Assembly (NCBI GenBank): GCA_036549705.1
Contig: JAXKHT010000004.1
Location: forward strand, 1 to 57,226
Direction: 5' to 3'
Length of the DNA stretch: 57,226 bases
Source of the DNA: Acutalibacteraceae bacterium
GTDB lineage: Bacteria > Bacillota > Clostridia > Oscillospirales > Acutalibacteraceae
The translations under genes were made by a program, and so were the position numbers. How positions within the stretch are numbered: the first letter of the stretch is position 1; every line of letters begins with the position of its first letter. Positions 1 to 9,127 of this stretch are shown here, in pieces. The notes under the pieces are model-generated. The model searched no databases and was not told the origin of the DNA. It saw only the letters and a program-made list of their open reading frames with translations.

Positions 1-180
1 ACCAATCTGCAAACTTCAGCTGACCAGGGCAATCATTTTGCAAATTATCATTTAGGTAAGATTTATGCTGACTCTGAAAGCCAGCATTACAACTTAGACA
101 AAGCAATAACCAATCTGCAAACGTCAGCTGACCAAGGCAATCATTTTGCAAATTATCATTTAGGTAAGATTTATGCTGAC
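1..180 (+). repeat. 108-bp period coding repeat (SEL1 units)
   Basis: 1-72 nearly identical to 109-180. Confidence 0.9.
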
Positions 181-621
181 CCTAACAACGGACATTTTAA
201 TGTACAAAAGGCTATTTATAATCTTGAATTGGCAACAACCACCCCTAATGGTGCAAACGCATATTATCGCTTAGGAAAGCTATATGCTAACAAATACTAT
301 GAATGCTTTGATATTAATAAGGCAAAGGAATGTTTTTCAATATCAAGTGATATGGGTAACCTTTACGCACAGGAAAGACTACAATCTATAGAAAATAACA
401 ATATAAATATTAGTAATAGTAACACATTAACTCCAAATGTGGGAATGTGTTTATCAGATATATGTAAAGCTACTGCTAGAATGCTTATGTCAGATATGAA
501 CGATAAAATTGCAAATTATAATCAAATTGATTCTAAAGCCAAAAAGAAAACTAAAAGGCAAAAAATACAACAAGGTCACAATCCAAATGAAAGTAATAAT
601 AACGACTTTAATTTATATTAA
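1..621 (+). CDS. C-terminal part of a SEL1-repeat protein, probably a MobP-family relaxase (5'-truncated by window)
   Basis: Frame 1 is open from base 1: TNLQTSADQGNHFANYHLGKIYAD twice at 36-aa spacing, then ANAYYRLGKLY..AKECFSISSDMGNLYAQ. The relaxase call rests on gene order only; the catalytic domain is not visible. Confidence 0.6.
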   Translation, partial: TNLQTSADQGNHFANYHLGKIYADSESQHYNLDKAITNLQTSADQGNHFANYHLGKIYADPNNGHFNVQKAIYNLELATTTPNGANAYYRLGKLYANKYYECFDINKAKECFSISSDMGNLYAQERLQSIENNNINISNSNTLTPNVGMCLSDICKATARMLMSDMNDKIANYNQIDSKAKKKTKRQKIQQGHNPNESNNNDFNLY

Positions 622-634
622 GGAGATATGTTAT

Positions 635-1567
635 ATGTCAAGATTTATTAAATTTACAGAGGAAGAAATATATCAGGCAGCTCACAAGGATATAAGAGAA
701 TTTTTGCTGTCACAAGGAGAAATAGTAAAATCATCAGGAACAGAGTGGATGTGGGCTAAACACGATAGCGTTAAATTTAGAGGTCACGTATGGTATCGAC
801 ACTCAACTAACGAAAGTGGCACTGCAATTGATTTTCTCTGTACATTCTACAATATGTCATTTCAAGAGGCTGTGCTTACATTATTGGATTGTAAAAAGAT
901 TGCATACCATAGAACTGGAGAAGAACTGGAACAGGCTATTACTCAAGAGAAAACAATATTACTGCCAAAAAAGAATAGTAATAACAGCAGATGTATTGCA
1001 TACCTGTGTAAAACAAGAAAGTTTAATATTAAGGTTGTTTCATATTTTATCGCAATAAATCTTATATATGAATCCTCAGATTATCACAATGTTGTGTTCA
1101 TAGGCTATGATAAGAAAAAAACACCACGGCACATTGCACAGGTTGGTACTCTAGACAAAGTAAGATTCAAAAAAGAGGTTCGTAATTCTGACAAACAATA
1201 CTCATTCAATTACCATTGCAATAAAACAAATACATTATATGTTTTTGAGTCACCAATAGATATGCTGTCATACATTTCTATATATCACTTAGACTGCTTC
1301 AAAAATAATAACTATGTTACTTGCTGTGGATTATCTCAACAGGCAATAAACAGATTTATTAAAGACTATCCCTATATAAAGGAGATAGTCTTTTGTTTTG
1401 ATAACGACTACAACGCAAAGAAATCAAATGGAGAACCGGATGAAAACCACGGTCAGGTTACAGCAAAAAAATACAGTAGAATATATGCTGAAAAAGGATA
1501 CTCAACAAAAATACATACACCGACATTTAAGGATTTTAATGATGACCTTAGGTCAATGAAAATGTGA
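635..1567 (+). CDS. DUF3991 + TOPRIM (primase-like) ICE protein
   Basis: AGGAG RBS at 621, ATG 635; HDSVKF..WYRHS..GTAIDF N-terminus; TOPRIM motifs VFESPIDMLSY and FCFDND, terminal KDFNDDL. Confidence 0.85.
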   Translation: MSRFIKFTEEEIYQAAHKDIREFLLSQGEIVKSSGTEWMWAKHDSVKFRGHVWYRHSTNESGTAIDFLCTFYNMSFQEAVLTLLDCKKIAYHRTGEELEQAITQEKTILLPKKNSNNSRCIAYLCKTRKFNIKVVSYFIAINLIYESSDYHNVVFIGYDKKKTPRHIAQVGTLDKVRFKKEVRNSDKQYSFNYHCNKTNTLYVFESPIDMLSYISIYHLDCFKNNNYVTCCGLSQQAINRFIKDYPYIKEIVFCFDNDYNAKKSNGEPDENHGQVTAKKYSRIYAEKGYSTKIHTPTFKDFNDDLRSMKM

Positions 1568-1579
1568 GGTGAGGTTAAA

Positions 1580-3412
1580 ATGGACATTAAAGTAATTTAT
1601 TTCATTTGTGCTATTGCAATAGCTGTTGTTTTATTAATATTTATCGCAGATAAAAAAAGCGGTAACTTAAATAAAATAAAAGCTAAACCAATTGGAGATG
1701 GACAGTACGGAACATCTCGATGGGCAACTATAAAAGAAATAACCTCGGCTTTTAAGATAATTGAATATCAGCCTGACTTATGGAGACAGGGACAGAATCT
1801 TCCAAAGCATCACGGATTAATAATTTCAGGTATATGGAATGATGATAAATCTCATCTTGATGATAATACCAACAATTTGATTGCGTACAACAAATACAGA
1901 AAAGAAAAAATACGTTGCAGAGTAGATTGTACAGATGCACACACTATGCTCCTATCAACTACTGGTGGAGGTAAAACCACAGCTTTTCTTTATCCGAACT
2001 TAGAATATTGCTGTGCAACAGGTATGAGCTTTTTTACAACCGACACCAAAGGTGATGTTTTTCGTGATTATGCGTTAGTTTCAGAAAAATATTACGGTTA
2101 CACAAGCTACATAATTGACTTGCGTAATGCTTTAAAATCCCACAATTATAATTTGCTCCAGCTCACAAATAAATATATGGATATGTACCACAACACAAAA
2201 AACATTTCATATCAAGCCAGAGCAGAACGATATGCAAAAATTATATCAAAAACAATAATTAATGGAAGAGGATTTGAAAATCGTGGCGGTCAAAACGCAT
2301 ACTTTTACGATGCAGCCGAGGGTCTTATTACATCAGTTATTTTACTTGTATCTGAATTGTGTGAAAACAACGAAAGGCACATAGTAAGTGTATTTAAACT
2401 AATCAATGAGCTTATGGAAATTGACCCTACAACAGTAACAGACGACAAGCAACATAAACCTAAAAATTATTTTCAGCAATTAATGAAAATGTTGCCTGCA
2501 GACCACAAAGCAAAGTGGTTTGCAGGCTCTGCTTTATCTGCTCCGCAACAGCAGATGTCAAGTGTTATGACAACTGCTATGAGTCGTTTGCTTTCTTTCA
2601 TAGACTCAGAGCTTGAGCAGATTATTTGTTTTGACTCAAAGGTGGATGCGGAATATTACTGTCAAAACCAAACCAGTGTGTTTTTGGTATTTCCTGAAAA
2701 TGATACAACAAAGCACTTTATGGTATCTCTGTTTGTAAATCAGTTTTATAACGAATGTATCGAGTATGCTAACAGTCACGAAAATAGACTTGGTAAGCGT
2801 ACATATTTTTTCTTAGATGAGGTGGGTACAATTCCTAAGATAGAATCAGCCTCCCAAATGTTCTCCGCCGGTAGAAGTAGAGGAATACTGCAAGTTCCAA
2901 TGCTACAATCTCTTGCTCAGTTAGATAAAAACTATGGCAAGGAAGAATCTAAGATTATTCAAGAAAATTGTCAGAATGTTTTATTTGGCGGATTAACACC
3001 GCTATCATCCACAGCTAAGGACTTGTCACAAATGCTTGGGCAACAAACTGTACAGGTTGGCTCAATATCAAAGGGAGCAAAACGAAGTAACAGTACAAGC
3101 TATCAAATGCACGGTAAACCTTTGATGTCAGAGGACGAAATTAAACGTATGCCAAAATACAATTTTGTATTCAACAAAACAGGTATGGCACCGTTCAAAG
3201 CAAAGTTTAGAAGATACCCTTACTGGGGGATTAATCTAAATGAAGATAAATATGAAATGAACACAAATACATTAAAAGAAGTTCATTATGCCACAAGAGA
3301 TAAATTAATGAACGCTATAAAAGAAAAATATTACAATAATATCGAATCAGATATACCAATTCAAAAGAATACAACTACAAATAAAAAATCCTTATCAGAG
3401 GAATTTTTTTAA
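1580..3412 (+). CDS. VirD4/TraG-like type IV coupling protein
   Basis: N-terminal TM, GDGQYGTSRWA, Walker A STTGGGKT, TDTKG, Walker B FFLDEVGT, GRSRGI..LQSLAQL..NYG. Confidence 0.92.
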   Translation: MDIKVIYFICAIAIAVVLLIFIADKKSGNLNKIKAKPIGDGQYGTSRWATIKEITSAFKIIEYQPDLWRQGQNLPKHHGLIISGIWNDDKSHLDDNTNNLIAYNKYRKEKIRCRVDCTDAHTMLLSTTGGGKTTAFLYPNLEYCCATGMSFFTTDTKGDVFRDYALVSEKYYGYTSYIIDLRNALKSHNYNLLQLTNKYMDMYHNTKNISYQARAERYAKIISKTIINGRGFENRGGQNAYFYDAAEGLITSVILLVSELCENNERHIVSVFKLINELMEIDPTTVTDDKQHKPKNYFQQLMKMLPADHKAKWFAGSALSAPQQQMSSVMTTAMSRLLSFIDSELEQIICFDSKVDAEYYCQNQTSVFLVFPENDTTKHFMVSLFVNQFYNECIEYANSHENRLGKRTYFFLDEVGTIPKIESASQMFSAGRSRGILQVPMLQSLAQLDKNYGKEESKIIQENCQNVLFGGLTPLSSTAKDLSQMLGQQTVQVGSISKGAKRSNSTSYQMHGKPLMSEDEIKRMPKYNFVFNKTGMAPFKAKFRRYPYWGINLNEDKYEMNTNTLKEVHYATRDKLMNAIKEKYYNNIESDIPIQKNTTTNKKSLSEEFF

Positions 3413-3425
3413 TGCACTAAATACT

Positions 3426-3464
3426 AAAAGCTATGCAAGTCACAAACCTGCATAGCTTTTTTAT
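3426..3464 (+). terminator. Intrinsic terminator after T4CP gene
   Basis: AAAAGCTATGCA...TGCATAGCTTTT plus T tract. Confidence 0.75.
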
Positions 3465-3489
3465 TTTGAAAAAGAAAGAGGTTATTAAA

Positions 3490-4710
3490 ATGACATTAGC
3501 AACTACAAAATTCATTAAATTACCAAATACATTGCTTTATAAATATAACGAGCTTTCAATAGAGGCAAAATATCTGTACGCTTTCCTTTTAGACAGACAT
3601 TCTTTGTCTATAAAAAAGCATATACTTGATAAAAATAACGAACCCTATGTTATTTGCACTCAACAGGAAGCCTCTGAATTATTGAATATCAGTATTGGCA
3701 AAGTAGTTGCTGTATTTAAGGATTTGGAACAGCATAGTTTAATTACAAGAATAAAACAAGGTCAGGGTAAACCAGCAAAAATATATGTTAACAATACACT
3801 TGCTAAAAGCTCGTTTATAAAGATACCAAAGGACTGTTCTAATGCTATACTTAATAAATTAAGTATAGCAGAACTGGTGCTGTACGCCCTTCTTAAAAGT
3901 AAAACAGAAAAATCCCAAATTAATAATTGGATTGAAAATAACCAGGTATTTGTTTCTTATAAACAGAGCAAAATTGCTGAGATATTTAATATGGGTAAAA
4001 AGAAAGTTATAGCAATGTTTAAATCCCTGGTTACAAATGGTCTTATTAAAATTGTGCGTTGTGGACACGGCAGAACATCTAAAATATTTTTTACTGATAA
4101 TACCACCCAAGAAACAGCGTGTGATAATCAGACTTCTAAAAAAAGCACTTCTAAAAATTCAAACAGTGCAACCTATCAGACTTGTAAAAACGACACTTCT
4201 ACAAATTTAATTACCAATAATTGTGAGACTTCTAATATTGACACCTCTATGAATTTTAATATTGATACCCCTAAGACTTGTAAAAATGACACCACATATA
4301 CTATAAATAAGACTAATAAAATAAAGACTGATTTATCAATCACTGAGAAAACCGTAAAAAATCAAATCGACTATAAAGCTATTTGTAGAAACAACAAGAA
4401 AAATTTAGGATTGATTAATTACATAGTTTCTTTATTAGTTAGTTTGTATACAGATACTAAAGATTGTTCAATTAACAATATTGTTATATCTGCAGATAAC
4501 TTAAAATCATCTCTAAAAAAGCTACGCAGTAGCCATATAGAAAAAATCATCAATCGTATAAATGGCACTGATAATATTTTTAATCTGAAAAAATATCTTA
4601 CAACCTGTTTGTATACCCAAGGTGTAAGTGTTTCTGATTGTTGTACTTTCACAACAAGTAACACTAGCTATGATATAACAGCCTTTGAGAGATATGACAT
4701 TTTTGATTAA
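3490..4710 (+). CDS. RepA_N-family replication initiator with two tandem RepA_N domains
   Basis: GAGG RBS, ATG 3490; FIKLP..LSIEAKYLYAFLLDR..RIKQGQGKPAKIYV repeated as FIKIP..LSIAELVLYALLK..RCGHGRTSKIFF; C-terminal NLKKYLTTCLY. Confidence 0.85.
   Translation: MTLATTKFIKLPNTLLYKYNELSIEAKYLYAFLLDRHSLSIKKHILDKNNEPYVICTQQEASELLNISIGKVVAVFKDLEQHSLITRIKQGQGKPAKIYVNNTLAKSSFIKIPKDCSNAILNKLSIAELVLYALLKSKTEKSQINNWIENNQVFVSYKQSKIAEIFNMGKKKVIAMFKSLVTNGLIKIVRCGHGRTSKIFFTDNTTQETACDNQTSKKSTSKNSNSATYQTCKNDTSTNLITNNCETSNIDTSMNFNIDTPKTCKNDTTYTINKTNKIKTDLSITEKTVKNQIDYKAICRNNKKNLGLINYIVSLLVSLYTDTKDCSINNIVISADNLKSSLKKLRSSHIEKIINRINGTDNIFNLKKYLTTCLYTQGVSVSDCCTFTTSNTSYDITAFERYDIFD
4128..4293 (+). repeat. Iteron-like repeats within repA (candidate oriV)
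   Basis: AGACTT(C/G)TAA(A/T)A(A/T) units, three followed by (T/C)GACAC, near 4130, 4178, 4226, 4274, plus CACTTCTAAAAA at 4146; RepA_N origins lie inside the gene. Confidence 0.7.
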
Positions 4711-4945
4711 TGCAAAGGGTAGCTTTAAAAAATACAATATTTCTGATTGATAACAAATACAAGCATTGCTCCCCCTCACTGCTATTATGAGGAAACAGTG
4801 ATAAAAACAATCAAAAATATATAACTAGCAAAAACGCTAGTTATATAAAATCGCATTAGAATGGTGTTTTATAACACAAAACATATAAAATAGCTTCCAA
4901 ATCGCAACCCATAGAGAAAAAACACTAGCATATTGTTGAATGCTC

Positions 4946-5011
4946 AAGCCCAGCACTGCTGGGCTTTGTGACCGAAAAGCTAGCGTTTACGCTAGCTTTT
5001 CTTTATCCTGC
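4946..5011 (+). other. Candidate oriT (MOBP type)
   Basis: IR AAGCCCAGCA-C-TGCTGGGCTT, IR GAAAAGCTAGCG-TTTA-CGCTAGCTTTTC, then TATCCTG|C (RP4-type nic) at 5004-5011. Confidence 0.6.
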
Positions 5012-5543
5012 TTAATTGGTATGCCCTTAGATTGTGCTGAAAATTGCAGTAAATAGACTACCTGTATCACTAAAAGAATTATGTCTGATTGACTGAGTTA
5101 TTTGCTTAATGCAGTAGAACTGATTGATATTGCCCTTAGAATAACTCAAAAGGTAAAAATAGTATGTACCAAACTTTAGGTGCTAGATATGTACAGATTG
5201 CAATTATAGGACAGGCTTTCCTTTTTATTTGTTTCTCGTGATTTCCGTGTAGAACATAGATTGTGGATGAGTGGCTTAGCTTTAGAATTAGGTATAAAGA
5301 AAGCGAAATCAAGTTTTGAAAATCGCCCTAAAGCAGAGAAAAAAGAAAATTATGCAACCGAAAAATAGTTGCATAATTAATAAAATCACATAGTTAAATA
5401 AAAAATGATAAAATAACTTCAATAAAAACATCACCTCAACCACACAAATATCTTGTTCCGTTGTCAGCTTATTGTGGTTCAACTCTCCCCAACTGTTAAA
5501 AAGACAATAAAAAGATTTATTTTATAATTATCCCCTTACAGAT

Positions 5544-5570
5544 GTAGCTGGGACAAATTGTCCCAGCTAC
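5544..5570. repeat. 27-bp palindrome copy 1
   Basis: GTAGCTGGGACAA-A-TTGTCCCAGCTAC. Confidence 0.9.
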
Positions 5571-5787
5571 TAACATATTGGGTCGCAGTTAAGGTGGCGA
5601 TACACCATACAAGCAGACAATTAACTGCTTGTATAATATCATTATACGGTTCGGCTAAAATATGTCAATATGCTTTTGGGTTTGTATATCGTATCGTTAA
5701 AAATTCTCTAAAGTAGAGAAAACAGAAACATTTTAGTCATAATATAAACCACTTATTGAGTAAAATCAATTTTTTGCTAGCGTATTA

Positions 5788-5816
5788 TTGCACATAGAAA
5801 TTATATAATGTATAAT
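5788..5816 (+). promoter_or_regulatory. SigA-type promoter of ATPase-nuclease pair
   Basis: TTGCAC-17-TATAAT. Confidence 0.65.
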
Positions 5817-5846
5817 AAAATTAGGTTTTGTGAAAGGAGTTTCTAT

Positions 5847-7226
5847 ATGAAAATTCAAATTAATAATATAGGAAAGATAAGCAAAGCGGATATTAATATC
5901 GATGGAATAACCGTAATTGCAGGAGAAAATAACACTGGCAAGTCTACAATAGGAAAAGCACTTTTTGCAACTTTTGAATCTTTGTTTGGATACAGTGATT
6001 ATATAGAATTGCAAAAAGCTAAATATATTGAACAAATTTTAAAATCACAAAGCCGAATTTTGGATAAACACCTAAAAGAATTGGCTGGGGTACAGCTTGG
6101 AAAGTATAGTTCGATAATTAAATCACTTGTTCATTATCGCAATCAATACATTGCCGCTTCATCCGAAAATGATGTAATAAATATAACAACACAATTTTGT
6201 CACGAGCACTTGGAAAGATATAATATTTCTATTGCAGATGTATTAGATAAACACTCAATAATTCAGTGGATAAATGCAGTATCGGCAGAAATATCTAAAA
6301 TATTTTCAACAAAGGATGAGAGTGTAGGGAATAAAAAAATAACACGTACTTTTTCCGGTGTGTTTAATGACCAAATTATACGTATTCCTAACGATGGTAA
6401 TTGTATTGATGAAGCTGATATACAGTTAACCATAAAAAACAAGATTAATTCTTTACATTTTTCAAGAGAAAAAGAAGATACTTGTTTTGATAATAATCAA
6501 ATGGTAGAAATTGTTCATAGACCTGTATTTATCGAAAATTCCAGAGTGGTCAATGTTCTATCAAATTGTCCTGATAATATGGATGAAATAGACTGGATTA
6601 AAATTTTATGTAGACCTAACGGAGTACCTTTTTACTTTTCCAAAGCTAAAAAAGAAGCTATTGATAATTCAGACAATAATGAGGTTAATGATTATGTTCT
6701 TCTTAACCTTGAAAAACAACTAAAGAGCATTGAGGATAAACTTTACAGTGTTATTAAGGGTAAGTTTGTAAAGGTTGACAGTGAGTTGCAGTTTATGATG
6801 GAGGGTTATTCTAAACCATTCAAATTATCCAATCTTTCTACAGGATTAAAAGCATTTGCGTTGTTTCAAAGAATTATTGAATTAGGAGTTTTAGGTGAAA
6901 AGGACATACTGATTCTTGATGAACCGGAAATTAATTTACACCCTGAATGGCAGTTGATATATGCAGAGCTAATAATTATTATGCAACAACAACTTGATTT
7001 GACAGTTCTTATTACTACACACAGTCCATATTTTTTAGAAGCAATAGAAGTATACACAAAAAAATATGGAATTAATAACAAGTGCCATTACTATCTAGCT
7101 GAAGAAGTTGACAACAATATTCAATTTAATGATGTAACTGATAATCGTGAACCGATATATAAAAAGTTATTTGTTCCGCTTCAAAAACTTGAAAATATTG
7201 CGTATAATGGCGAGGTGGTTGAATGA
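5847..7226 (+). CDS. ABC-type ATPase (AAA_15/AAA_21-like), probable defence/TA component
   Basis: AAGGAG RBS, ATG 5847; GENNTGKST, LSTGLK, LILDEPEINLHP, ITTHSPY. Confidence 0.88.
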   Translation: MKIQINNIGKISKADINIDGITVIAGENNTGKSTIGKALFATFESLFGYSDYIELQKAKYIEQILKSQSRILDKHLKELAGVQLGKYSSIIKSLVHYRNQYIAASSENDVINITTQFCHEHLERYNISIADVLDKHSIIQWINAVSAEISKIFSTKDESVGNKKITRTFSGVFNDQIIRIPNDGNCIDEADIQLTIKNKINSLHFSREKEDTCFDNNQMVEIVHRPVFIENSRVVNVLSNCPDNMDEIDWIKILCRPNGVPFYFSKAKKEAIDNSDNNEVNDYVLLNLEKQLKSIEDKLYSVIKGKFVKVDSELQFMMEGYSKPFKLSNLSTGLKAFALFQRIIELGVLGEKDILILDEPEINLHPEWQLIYAELIIIMQQQLDLTVLITTHSPYFLEAIEVYTKKYGINNKCHYYLAEEVDNNIQFNDVTDNREPIYKKLFVPLQKLENIAYNGEVVE

Positions 7227-7834
7227 TTACCTTGCCAAAAAACACTCCAGATTATCTTAAACAATTTTCTTCTACTATAAAAGAAACATCCACTACTGAT
7301 AATGGTGAAGTTTTTATTGATAGTGGAATAGAGGTTATAAATTTTGATGAAGTAAAAAATAATATAAATAAAAAACTCAAATCTAATGATGCCTTGTTTA
7401 TTACTCAAAACAATACCTGGACTTTTATTGAGTTTAAGAGTGGTTTAATTAGAAATGATGTTGAACAAGATTGCATTGTAAAAATTTATGATACAATATT
7501 ACTTACTATTAATATTGCTTTTGAAAAAGAAATTGATTATATAGCAAATAATCCTATGCAGTTTTTTAGAAACAACTGTAATTATTACCTTGTATACGGA
7601 AATCAAAACGAACCATATAATGAAAAATATATGACAGATGAAACAAAGAAATATCTAAACGCTGTAGGATATTTTCAACAAAATAAAAGCAAAAATATGA
7701 TTGCTAAGCATATTGCAAATAAAGCAAAAGAGCACTATATATTATTCGGATTACATAAGTTTAGAGGATATTTGTTTAAAGAAGTATATACTTTAAGCAA
7801 AGATGAATTTAAAAAGAAATTTAATATAGTATAG
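7223..7834 (+). CDS. ATPase partner, putative PD-(D/E)XK-type nuclease
   Basis: ATGA overlap with ATPase stop; SNDALFI...FIEFKSG fits D..ExK pattern. Confidence 0.6.
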   Translation: MITLPKNTPDYLKQFSSTIKETSTTDNGEVFIDSGIEVINFDEVKNNINKKLKSNDALFITQNNTWTFIEFKSGLIRNDVEQDCIVKIYDTILLTINIAFEKEIDYIANNPMQFFRNNCNYYLVYGNQNEPYNEKYMTDETKKYLNAVGYFQQNKSKNMIAKHIANKAKEHYILFGLHKFRGYLFKEVYTLSKDEFKKKFNIV

Positions 7835-7849
7835 TTATTTTATTATTTT

Positions 7850-7917
7850 GCTGGGACAAATTGTCCCCAATATAAACCGTAGGCGAAAAAGTAGCTGGGA
7901 CAATTTGTCCCAGCTAC
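7850..7917. repeat. Palindrome copies 2 (partial, 7850-7867) and 3 (7891-7917)
   Basis: GCTGGGACAAATTGTCCC and GTAGCTGGGACAATTTGTCCCAGCTAC. Confidence 0.9.
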
Positions 7918-8017
7918 AACACTTTAAGCAATTATTAAAAGATAATATAAATCTGTTGATAAACCATTTAAGCAAATTCATTTGTAAACTTTTGTAAGAA
8001 AAATTTACAAATTACCC

Positions 8018-8046
8018 TTGACTAGTATAAATTTATATGGTATTCT
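8018..8046 (+). promoter_or_regulatory. SigA-type promoter (sense)
   Basis: TTGACT-17-TATTCT with extended -10 TG. Confidence 0.65.
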
Positions 8047-8169
8047 AAAAGGGAACAAAAAATAAAGCATCCACAGCCTACTAACTGTTGGGGAACGGTC
8101 AATAGGCATACGCTATTAGAGTTAAAACAGAACTCATAATAACTTGTGAACGCTATTTATTCTCTGTAT

Positions 8170-8198
8170 ATAATACAGGGTTTCAATAGATTTGTCAA
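8170..8198 (-). promoter_or_regulatory. SigA-type promoter (antisense, convergent)
   Basis: Minus strand TTGACA-17-TATTAT. Confidence 0.65.
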
Positions 8199-8285
8199 GA
8201 TATGTTCGTACACTCTTTTTAGCGAATTGGGTTGTACGGACTTTTCTTTTTGTTTTGAATTTACAATTGAATACCCGAATGAGAA

Positions 8286-8435
8286 ATGCAAGATATAAAG
8301 GAAACAGTATCGCCTAGACCTAATGCATTAGCAATTAGGTATCTTAACAAAGACTTTAACCTCTATCTTAAAAGATATGTTGATAGAAACAGCGTGCCAA
8401 CTTGGTTTTTATTATATCAGAATAAAAACTTGTAG
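8286..8435 (+). CDS. Possible 49-aa ORF or remnant
   Basis: MQDIKETVSPRPNALAIRYLNKDFNLYLKRYVDRNSVPTWFLLYQNKNL; no clear RBS. Confidence 0.2.
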   Translation: MQDIKETVSPRPNALAIRYLNKDFNLYLKRYVDRNSVPTWFLLYQNKNL

Positions 8436-8531
8436 TTGCTACCTCCAAACACGGTAGAAGCAGCTCCGACGAAGTAGTACTTCCAACTGTCTAGCGTAGG
8501 ATAACGGCATTTCTTATATCGGCATTTATAA

Positions 8532-9035
8532 CTAATGTTTATATGGTTTAGTTCCATAAAATTTTATTCCAACAGCAGAAGGAATCTCCCTGAAATTATC
8601 ATAAGGATTACAAAAATTTCTTTTTTGAGATTGTTTATTTGATTTTTTCGATTGCTCTTTAGGTTTTTTAACACCAATTGTAAAGAATTTACGCAAATAA
8701 GGTGTGCCTATTATTTCCTTTATATCACTTTCAGAGTGTACAAGGAAAGAACTTCTTAACCATTTGCTAAAATCATCTATTTCAATTTTAGTTCCATCTA
8801 CTCGAATATTAAACTTAAAAGCAGAACGATGTTGCCTTATATTGGTGTTTATAGCATACTTGTCCAAATTAATATCCAAATAAATACGTTTTATATCTTT
8901 TGATACGGTGGATTGTTTTGATTCGAATATGACATCAAAATTCTCGTCAAAACAAAAAAGCAGTCGGTCAATGTTTTTAACCATAAACTTATCTACTTTA
9001 TTTGCATTAAAAACATCTATTCTTAATTTTAGCAT
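8532..9035 (-). CDS. Hypothetical basic protein (167 aa)
   Basis: Strong AGGAGGTGA RBS before ATG 9035; no recognisable motif. Confidence 0.7.
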   Translation of the reverse strand: MLKLRIDVFNANKVDKFMVKNIDRLLFCFDENFDVIFESKQSTVSKDIKRIYLDINLDKYAINTNIRQHRSAFKFNIRVDGTKIEIDDFSKWLRSSFLVHSESDIKEIIGTPYLRKFFTIGVKKPKEQSKKSNKQSQKRNFCNPYDNFREIPSAVGIKFYGTKPYKH

Positions 9036-9091
9036 TTGTTTCACCTCCTGCTTTAATAATAAAACAACAGGTCGAAAAATTCAATATAAGA

Positions 9092-9124
9092 ATATATCAG
9101 ATACGATAAACATACCTGATATAT
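9092..9124 (-). terminator. Hairpin directly after tRNA 3' end
   Basis: ATATATCAGGTATG-TTTAT-CGTATCTGATATAT then TCTT on minus strand. Confidence 0.5.
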
Positions 9125-9127
9125 AAA

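Larger units (their letters stand above)
1..9127. mobile_element. Right end of an integrative conjugative/mobilisable element (ICE/IME) at the 3' end of tRNA-Leu; left part and integrase outside window
   Basis: Relaxase-like SEL1 C-terminus, DUF3991/TOPRIM, VirD4-like T4CP, RepA_N, oriT-like site and defence-like cargo; visibly AT-richer; ends at the tRNA 3' end, after which housekeeping genes begin. No second att copy in the window. Confidence 0.8.

Noticed and set aside
229..621. 130-aa ORF as a separate gene
   Set aside because: The frame is open from base 1; it is the tail of a longer SEL1 protein.
5544..7917. Palindromes as terminators, integron attC sites or IS ends
   Set aside because: 1-nt centre, no U tract, no extrahelical bases or GTTRRRY core, no transposase or target duplication.
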